From positions 12,188 to 76,187 of the forward strand of contig DF237398.1 in assembly GCA_000708835.1 (NCBI GenBank): DNA of 64,000 nt, written 5' to 3'. The stretch comes from Klebsormidium nitens. Lineage: Eukaryota; Plantae; Klebsormidiophyceae. The translations under genes were made by a program, and so were the position numbers. Positions 56,471-64,000 of the stretch are shown one piece after another. The first letter of the stretch is position 1, and the number at the start of each line of letters is the position of its first letter. The notes under the pieces were generated by a model. The model searched no databases. It had not been told where the DNA came from and worked only from the letters and a program-made list of their open reading frames with translations.

Positions 56471-59400
56471 CTATATCGCCCAACTCTTGGGGAAGATCAG
56501 GTTTTTCAACCACATGTAGATGGGGATGATGACATAGTAGGCCCCCGCAAGAGATCCCAAAATGAGCCGCGACAAAAAGCTGAACGGGTTAAAGGGCCCT
56601 GCCACATCCTCTGCCTTGGGCCCGAGGTTCAGCGGCGACTCCCCAGGGTTCGACTTCACCCCCGTCACCGAGCAACCCATGATCAGCCCGTGCCGCCGCA
56701 CCCCCCGGTACCAGCTGGGCCCAATCCGCTTGATCTGCACGTCCTCAAAACCGGCCTTTGTGAACCACTCCATGTACTCAGCCTCAGTGGGGAAGAGCAT
56801 CCACTGATCGGCGAAGAAGCGGGAGATGGGGTGGGTCGGATGGACAGGCCCGATCAGGCAGGCCTTGGCGCCGGGCTTGATGACGCGGTATGCTTCGACG
56901 ATGCCACGCTGCGGGTCTGGCCAGTACTCAATGCTGCAGGAAGAGAGGAAGAGTCAGTATAACAAAGAGAAGAAAAAGATAACTTGGAAGCGAGAGTGCG
57001 GTACATTGCGATGAAGACGGAAGCAGGGCACAGACGATTATTCTTCTTTATCAGGTGTGATCGTTGATAACACTTCAATTCGTCACCAAAATCGATGAGT
57101 GCTTTGATGAAGACGAGTAGAATTCAAATGAACAACACAAAATCATTGACCAACACAAGAATAAAGGAAGCCTCGTTGGAACCAGAAGGGAACACAGTTG
57201 GCACAAGAGTATTGAGATGACTTGCTGAGAGTGCCGGGCCGATGACAATCGCCTTTAAAGGGTCATGGCTGTCAAGCAGATCATGCAGCACTACCATGAT
57301 TACACCAGTGAGGAGAACATGCTGGGAGCTGCGCTGTCCCTCCTGAGTGTGCCCAAAGGCACCGCCAACCATCAGCCTTAAGAACCGAAAACAGACCCTG
57401 ATTGAATTGGCCCCACTCGCCATCTGGAAGCGGTGATTATAGTCGAACAAAAAGAAAGGACGGCAGATGATGCATCCAAAGCAAGCCTAGCGACCAACCG
57501 CAACAGGCGGTACTGACACCTTTATGATATTCCGGCCAAAAGCTCAGGTTCTCAAGACAAGCTAACCCATAGGTTCACAAATCTGCCTCAGACCACTCTC
57601 GCTTGCCCCTTACTGGCTCCATTCAAGGGGGTGGTGTGACGGCTCACCTTCCGGCAGAGACGTAGCGGTCAAAGGTGTCGGTGGCAAAAGGCAGGTCCTC
57701 TGCGTCCCCTTCCAAGATGGTGACGTCCTGGAGCTCAGGCTTCTTCCGTGCCTTGGCCAGCTGGTGGGGGGATTGATCGATCATGGTCACATTCTTGCCA
57801 GGGATCGTCCTTACTACACCCTGCGTGCAGAAGCCTGCAGAGAAAGAATGCTGGCGAGGTTGAGGGACTGAACTGCAGGATTGCACCTGTATGGAGCGGT
57901 TATGAAAGAGGCGGCTTCGTCATTGATCGGGGTAAAAAGTCGAGAAGAGCAGACAAGTCAGGTCTTTTAGGGTTTGAAAACTCGGTGTCGTGAATGCAGG
58001 AACTTATGTTGTGATTCGCACTAGGCTGCCTGGGTTAGCACTAAGATTCGTCGGCAACATATCAGCCAGTAGAACCTGCCCAGATCTTCACAAAACAAGG
58101 ATGTTGAAGGAGCAAATCAATAAGAGCTGGCGGCCACGAAATACGCGTACAGATGTCACGACCAGGAGCAAACTGTTTGAGCAGTACGCATTGCATTCTG
58201 AGAAAGGATGCTTAGCAAGACAATTCCAAACAAAAGGTCTCAGTTGCATAGATGTAGGCCATCAAGTACAAAGTAAGCCCTTCCACCACTGGCAGATAGG
58301 GAGTCCTCCCTCTTAAAACCACACCTTCTCTAGAGCGCTAAAACACTGAGAATGCGCAGACATCATGACCTGCAGGACGCCCAGATGCCGACAGCAAAGA
58401 AACATGGCAACAGCGACCCAGAACCCTAAGATCCACGTGAACCCTAATCTCGCCTAGCCAGGACGAGCATGTTCTCTGATAAGTCCGTCAATGCATCTAT
58501 GCATGCACACGTGCACTGCCTCATTGTGACCTTCTGTCACACCCCAGACAAGAACTTAAATGTTCTTATGCAATCCAATGCCGCCAATAATCAGATTTTG
58601 CCACCGTGCCCTAACAATCAGAAGCGATGGAGTGCGACTACATGGCACCAGCAGCAATGCAGCTGACTGGCTTAATACAAAACTTGTTGTGCTCGCTCTG
58701 TGCCATGCCTAGAAGACAGCTTGCACGCGCCGCCAGCTGATCGAACTCCCCTTGATTGTTAGACTGACTAAAAAAGCGGATCTTGACAACTTTGTCGGAC
58801 AGACAGTGCACCTTTCTCGACAATCCGACCTACCAGTTCAGCAGACCACATCTTTACCATGGCCCACTGCTTACGTAACAATAAGCACGTTTCCCTGAGT
58901 AGCAGAAGCCCAAAGGCACCCAATCAAAAGAGGGGGTCGGCATTGGAAGCAAGTTTACGATTGAGTTGCTTGTGCTTGCTGAAACGGCCATGGGCTAACT
59001 CTGGTGCGAAAGGCAAGTCCTGGACTTCAGACCACATTACAAAGGGTTGCCAGACTGCAAGTTACAAGCAGAAGCAGGATCGCGCTTGTTGCAATGCGTC
59101 AAAAGGAGGAAACCACTATGATGGAAGTGCATGGCCGGGCGCCAGAGATGCATGTTGAACGAACTTCAAGTAAGTGGTGCCTAGGAGCACCTTACCTGTT
59201 CCCGCTCCCACATCGACCACCTTCAGGTTCGGATCATTCAGATCTGCAACCTCCAGCGCGTCCTCCCTCATGTCCTCCGTCCAATGGCCTGGGTTGATGA
59301 CATGATCGTACACTATAGACAAGAATCGGTAAAACCAGAATGCCTCCTGCTTGTGCTGAATAAACCGAGGCTTGGATGCTGGCCGGTCCGCCGACACCGC

Positions 59401-59652
59401 GCACCTGGCGCCCACCCCCCGGCTGCTGTTATTTCTCCTCAGAGGCAGAGCTGGCAGGCCCCACGCCGCAGTAAACTGCGCCTTGCTGGAGCTCAGTGCC
59501 GAGTGCCTAGGCCTGCTAGATCTGGCGCACTTTGGGAAAGGACGCGCAGCTGATAAGGACATAGCATCCACTCCTATCTGCGTCTCACTCCTGCATCTGG
59601 CCGCCAGCAAAGGCTGCGCTGCACACCCGGCTCTGCTCAGTGCAGCAGCCAT
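56471..59652 (-). CDS. VTE3: MPBQ/MSBQ methyltransferase (tocopherol and plastoquinone synthesis), plastid-targeted
   Basis: Minus-strand exons 59652-59196, 57834-57648, 56933-56471 (1,107 nt, 368 aa). Ser/Ala/Arg-rich transit peptide, RFIQHKQEAFWFYRFLSIVYDHVINPGHWTEDMR, VVDVGAGTGFCT, GDAEDLPF, YVSAGSIEYWPDPQRG, C-terminal membrane helix YYVIIPIYMWLK. Confidence 0.96.
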
Positions 59653-59688
59653 CTGGAGCGCCTGCGGTGGATCCCAGAGAAGGCCTTA

Positions 59689-59988
59689 ACGTGTCTGCCC
59701 TGAACACAGCGTTCTGGGAGGCGCCCTACACGTTCAAAATAAACGTGCTACAAGTTTTGAAGATGTTGCGCCCCTGCACCTCTGGCATTTGTAGCTGTGG
59801 CGTGTCCGTCTGAGCTGGAGCGGCTCACCGCGGTGCTGCTGCAGGTTTTCACACTCGCAACGCATCAATTTCGCGCTTGCAAATGGGCCCTCGGGCAGAC
59901 CCTGAAACCCATGGTGTGAACAGCCTCCTCGGTCATTGCCTCTACATCCTGCATCTGCAACTTCCACGTTCCTAGTCTCGGACACGTT
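59689..59988. promoter_or_regulatory. Cluster of ACGT-core (G-box/ABRE-like) motifs upstream of VTE3
   Basis: ACGTGTC 59689-59695, CACGTT 59729-59734, AACGTG 59742-59747, CACGTT 59965-59970, GACACGT 59981-59987. Function is inferred only. Confidence 0.3.
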
Positions 59989-60338
59989 CGATGAAGAAAG
60001 TCGACGGTTACATGCATTTTGGCTCTTTCAAGTTTGACGCACCTTGAGAGTATTATCGACGGTCAATGGCTGCACACGGGAGCAAGATTTCGAACATGGT
60101 TGGCCGTCGATGCGACGGCAAGGGCTTGCCTCTTCCTTGATTTCCAACGTAATCAACGGTTGAGAATCGCAGTTGGCATCGACTGGCCATATCTCTTTCA
60201 ACGGTGTAGATGTCTTGGTCGTGAAACCAGCCAACCGAGCAAGCGCGAAACTTCGGCGTCGAACATCGCGGACATGCACGAAGCGCGCTTCCGCGACTTG
60301 CACATGCACCGGTCGAGCCAATGTGTTCGATTCGTAAG

Positions 60339-60913
60339 CAGGGTTTCCCACAGCCGGCACGCTGGGGCGGACCTGGCCGGTAGATTTGCCAACCCGGCCG
60401 GTGCCGAAGGCACCCTGCCGGCTGTGGGCCGGCCCTGCAGCCGGCTCTGCCAGGACCCTGCCAGCCAGAGCCTAATAGGTAGGTGCCAGCCCCGGACCAC
60501 TCTGGACTTGCCCCGTCCGGTGAGTCTCCCCGGGTCCAAGACTGGTCGCTTTACAATCGTCTCAACCGCTCGACCAAGAGTCAAGATTCTAAAAACATCG
60601 AAAAGGATCGAGAACACCTGAAGCTTTGTACGGCAATGTGAGGATACAGCTAGGCACGACAAGGCAACCCCTAAACTTTGTGGTCGAAAGGTGGCTTGAA
60701 CCCCGGGGAGACCCAACCACCTGGTTAAAAGGGCCCAGCGCGCGCGGGGGGTCCCCCGGGAGCTCTCCGGCCGTCACCCTCCGGCCGTCATGATGCCGCC
60801 AGGCTTGCATCATGGGCAAAGGTGGCCGGCCGGCGCAGCCGGCCAGCCAGCCGGTACGACCGAGGGGGTGCCGGCAGGGGGCCGGCCGGGACGAAAGTCC
60901 ATGGGAAACCCTG
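60339..60913. mobile_element. Non-autonomous hAT-type DNA transposon (MITE), 575 bp
   Basis: Perfect 12-bp TIRs CAGGGTTTCCCA (60339-60350) and TGGGAAACCCTG (60902-60913). Perfect 8-bp TSD TTCGTAAG (60331-60338 and 60914-60921). Many subterminal CCGGC/GCCGG motifs; no transposase ORF. An 8-bp TSD with CAGGG termini is the established hAT signature. Confidence 0.92.
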
Positions 60914-62132
60914 TTCGTAAGGTGCAACTGCGCACGCGGGGCCCCAGTCCAAAAAATGTCGCACCGTTATTTGTCCAGAATTCCAGGCAATACCGTACGT
61001 TTTATCGTCGAAACGGGCCAACCCAAGCACGTCGAACGGCGGGCCCGCGCCGCGTCGTCGTACAGTGCCCAAATGATCGATCCCTATGGTTCCCCTGTTC
61101 CTTCATTCCGACTAACCAACTGATCGTTGGCATAAAATCCGCCAACCGCAGCGCGCCACGTGTCCCCCCGACCGCAAAAACTGCCCCCTGCCCGAATTGG
61201 CCAAGCTGCCCCCCGAAGTGGCCTCGGTTAGAGGTTTTTGGGTTAGCACCCCTGCAGGCAGACAGGAAGACAGGACAGGAGTTTGGATCCCGTCTTCCTA
61301 CTTCCCGGCTCTTCCGCCGGAAAATTCAGTAGGTCGGGGCGCGGAAAAAAACGAAAAGGGGGGGTCGGGGTGGCCGCAGGCCGCCCCGCCGGGGGGGCCG
61401 AAGGCCCGCCAGTTTACTGCGCGGACAAAGGTCCCTACCGTCAGGCGACCAGGAGGACCCGATAAGTCCTGGTGGACCGGGCGCGCTCGCAAGTCGACGA
61501 GTGATTCCATGTGTTTTAAAGATGAAACCTGCCTTAAATTACAGGCCTTCCGATCTGTGGCACTCTAGCTAACAGCCGTGAAATTCCAGAGGTGCGCGCG
61601 CGTCCCACCGTTGTAAGGCCTTGCCGTAGCTCATGCTTCTCATGCTCAGTCTACTCGGTGGTCCGCACGTTAGATGACGATTGCTAGCCAGTTCCCACGA
61701 TCAACGCATTGAGCCTGTCGGCAATGCACGCATCAGAATTCCGTACATACTGAGTACCGTTTATGCACTTTAGTCCCAGGTCGGATCTTGCATTATGCAT
61801 CCCAAATGCTGGCAGTAAATCTCCAGCTGTTTGTACGTCTAGCCTGACGCTTCGATCACGGTAATATGAAGCGTGCGCCGGGCGTAAAGCTCGTCGTCGC
61901 GCGACTGTACCACATACTATACCACGTGCTGACCTGAGTCCGGTTGAGCAAGCACGTAGTACTTGTTCTATTGAAAGCACACCAATGTATTACAATCAAA
62001 TTTATAATAAACACATCATTGCAGAAAACATTTCAAGTTGATTTTCTAAAGAAGCGAAGCTTTCCACCAAAGTCCGTGACCATGTGCATGCACACATCAT
62101 TCAAAAGCGATGTTAAAATGTCTTCATCTAGA

Positions 62133-63913
62133 CTACCTACTAGATGTCTTCTTATTGTTCAGTCTTTCCGCTTTCTTTTGAGCTTCAGCATCTTTCTTGG
62201 CTTTCTTGGAACATCCATCCAAGCAATCTTTTGCTCGACACTCTCTACATATTCTCTTGGTTCCTTTCCCTCCTCGATTGTTAGTTGGCGCCGCTTTCTG
62301 CTTTGCTACCTTCCCTACCTGATTGCTCGATACCAAGGGAACATTGTAAATCGGAGTTGCATAATTTACAGCCACCTCAGACGATGGTGGTAAAGATTGG
62401 AAGCTTCTAGGCTGGTCCAATGCGTGGAATGAGTGAGCGTGCGCAGCGTGCAATGAGGTTTGTAAGTGCATGGTGTGAAAGGACGTGAATGGACCGGGAA
62501 AGTGCGGAGTGGCCGCGCTCGGAACGGAGAGCGGCGGATCTGTCTGCAAACGAGCATGCAACGCTGTGAAATTGTTCAGGGAGTCTCGCCGCAGACCTGC
62601 CCTGTACGATAGAGTAAGGTGTCGCTTAAGCAGTGGAACGCTTGTAAAGTGGATAGCTTTATCTGCCCCTTCTACTCGATGTGCAGACAGGCTGGCCCGA
62701 TGATGCCACTCCCGCCCAAACGCATCCCAATCGGTGGAGGTCTTCTTCGTATACTTCAAGAACAACTCGTCGAAAAGCTGAAACTCTGCACTCGTTGACA
62801 CAGGTCTTTGGAGATCTCGAAACTTGGGGATGCGATACCCCACCTTTCGTTGATATGACAAGCGGCCTGATCTATTGACAGTGGTTGGATGCTGCTTGGG
62901 CAACGCTTGCAAAGAAGGACCTGGACACGAATCCCGATATTAGTAATTAGCCTCCGAGAACGGCAGAGAGTTCGAGCAGAAGAAGGTCAAAGATGTGAAG
63001 CATGACTTGAAACGTTGCTGTTCCAAACGCAAGACTGGCACACAAACTTCGTTGTAACGGACGCCCTATGATGTGTACATTTCAAGGTGCTCGCATATTT
63101 CAAAGTGAGCGCAAGGAATGTTTCAAGAAAGCGGGTAGCTAAAGCGCAGTACGACCCGGTGCCAGAGGGCCTGCACTTCACCCATTTGGCGCATCTCGTC
63201 TCACTAATCTGTGAACGAATGTCGGAGAGAGGTCGGACACTCACCGGTTGGAATAGCAGCTTCGTCCGTCTTCAATTTCTGACGCTTCCTCGTTGAAACG
63301 TCACCTGTAACAAGGAAATGATACGTACAATTTAGCGAAGTAGTTTCGCTAGATCCAAAGCAACGACGAGATTGACTTCAGCGTTGTGTTCGTGAAGCAC
63401 TTCGAATCCGCTGTAAAACCATTTGACGCACTTCACAAAGCTTCAATCAGACTAATGATATTTTTGCACCAAGCTCTTGACTCATGAGTTGGGAGCAAAA
63501 CAAGCATGATCACTACTTACCGGCATCTGGCGCTCCACTTCCACCGACCGTGCCCTTTCTTTTGGGAAGACTTGTCTGGAGCTGCGGACTCCGAGGGGGG
63601 AGCCCTGTGCACGGCCACACTGGAGTAGGGGCTGGCCCTGGCGCCAGCATCCGCAGCGGCCCACATGGCATGGGCAGGCGTGACCTCGACGCAAGCACTG
63701 GAGACGCCGAGGCCAGCAAGTGCGACGAGTTAGAGGAGGGGGGCAGCTGCGCGCGCGGCTGCTCGGAGCGAGGTGCCAGCTGCGCGCGCGGCAGCTCGGA
63801 GGGGGAGACCAGCTGCGCGCGCGGCTGGTTGGAGTGGGGGGGCAGCTGCGCGCCTGGCTGCTCGGAAGGGGGGACCAGCTGCGCGCGCGGCAGCTCGGAG
63901 GGGGGGGATGATC
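62133..63913 (-). CDS. Spliced gene for an uncharacterised, probably nuclear protein (SANT/Myb-like region, Cys cluster); possibly transposon-derived, 5' end unresolved
   Basis: Minus-strand exons about 63913-63521, 63304-63245 and 62920-62133 join through two phase-1 GT-AG junctions. Product has 11-aa repeats, an NLS-like STRKRQKLK, PVSTSAEFQLFDELFLKY...DWDAFGREWH...IHFTSVPLLKRH, then RICRECRAKDCLDGCSKK and a Lys-rich tail. Confidence 0.6.
63738..63902 (-). repeat. 33-bp minisatellite, 5 units, in frame (xSE[L/Q]PRAQLxx)
   Basis: Minus-strand units encode PSELPRAQLVP, PSEQPGAQLPP, HSNQPRAQLVS, PSELPRAQLAP, RSEQPRAQLPP, with core CCGCGCGCGCAGCTG. Confidence 0.92.
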
Positions 63914-64000
63914 TGACCTTGTGGGTCAGACATTAGACCACGCATACCTAACAACTGATGTACCTGTGACCAGTTCGCCCCTAGCTCCAGAGAAGCCATC
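63907..64000 (-). pseudogene. rpoC2: Decayed plastid rpoC2 fragment (probable NUPT), continues beyond the window edge
   Basis: Reverse strand reads TTC TCT GGA GCT AGG GGC [extra G] AAC TGG TCA CAG GTA CAT CAG TTG TTA GGT ATG CGT GGT CTA ATG TCT GAC CCA CAA GGT CAG ATC ATC, i.e. FSGARG/NWSQVHQLLGMRGLMSDPQGQII. This is the conserved plastid RpoC2 motif (FSGARGNxSQVHQLVGMRGLMSDPQGQ) with a frameshift and AT-richer codons. Confidence 0.88.

Noticed and set aside
4197-59652. Possible isoprenoid-lipid cluster formed by SMT2 and VTE3 (both SAM methyltransferases)
   Set aside because: They are about 49 kb apart, separated by unrelated genes, and act in different compartments and pathways.
60889-60900. 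GGACGAAAGTCC as part of a hammerhead ribozyme
   Set aside because: No upstream CUGANGA core; it is a simple subterminal hairpin of the MITE.
60019-61568. 100-200 aa ORFs across the MITE and GC-rich block
   Set aside because: Low-complexity Pro/Gly/Arg translations crossing element boundaries; no transposase motifs.
62921-63244. Stop-interrupted reading frame upstream of the 259-aa ORF suggesting a pseudogene
   Set aside because: The interval has a GTGAGT donor and a TCCAG acceptor with matching phase, so it is better explained as an intron.
1-64000. tRNA, rRNA, CRISPR arrays or prokaryotic operons
   Set aside because: No cloverleaf or T-loop context, rRNA-like tract or regularly spaced repeat-spacer array was seen; the DNA is eukaryotic and spliced.

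Overview
Eukaryotic nuclear DNA, intron-rich with GC-rich exons. The gene set (SMT2, VTE3, axonemal dynein, PKA, plastid-type rpoC2 fragment) suggests a flagellate-stage streptophyte alga (Klebsormidium-like); this is an inference. The ORF track is mostly exon fragments, so genes were rebuilt by hand from GT/GC-AG junctions with reading-phase checks. Left to right: (1) 3' part of a WASH-like Arp2/3 activator whose W-C-A tail is split over micro-exons; (2) SMT2-type sterol C-methyltransferase; (3) a small uncharacterised gene head-to-head with (4) a complete 59-exon inner-arm I1-beta dynein heavy chain (DHC10/DNAH2 type, about 4,512 aa by hand count); (5) a PKA catalytic-subunit kinase; (6) VTE3 on the minus strand; (7) a 575-bp hAT-type MITE with perfect TIRs and an 8-bp TSD upstream of VTE3; (8) a spliced minus-strand gene with a SANT/Myb-like region, a Cys cluster and a 33-bp coding minisatellite, abutting (9) a decayed plastid rpoC2 fragment at the window edge. 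The most unusual signal is in the dynein introns. At least 12 degenerate 'echo' copies of exon-boundary sequence (splice junction plus 35-90 nt of exon) lie beside the real junctions in 9 of 58 introns. Many introns also show mirror-image ends (GTGCGCGC...GCGCGCAG) and a polarity of GGGTTT/TTAGGG near the 5' end and AAACCC/CCCTAA near the 3' end.
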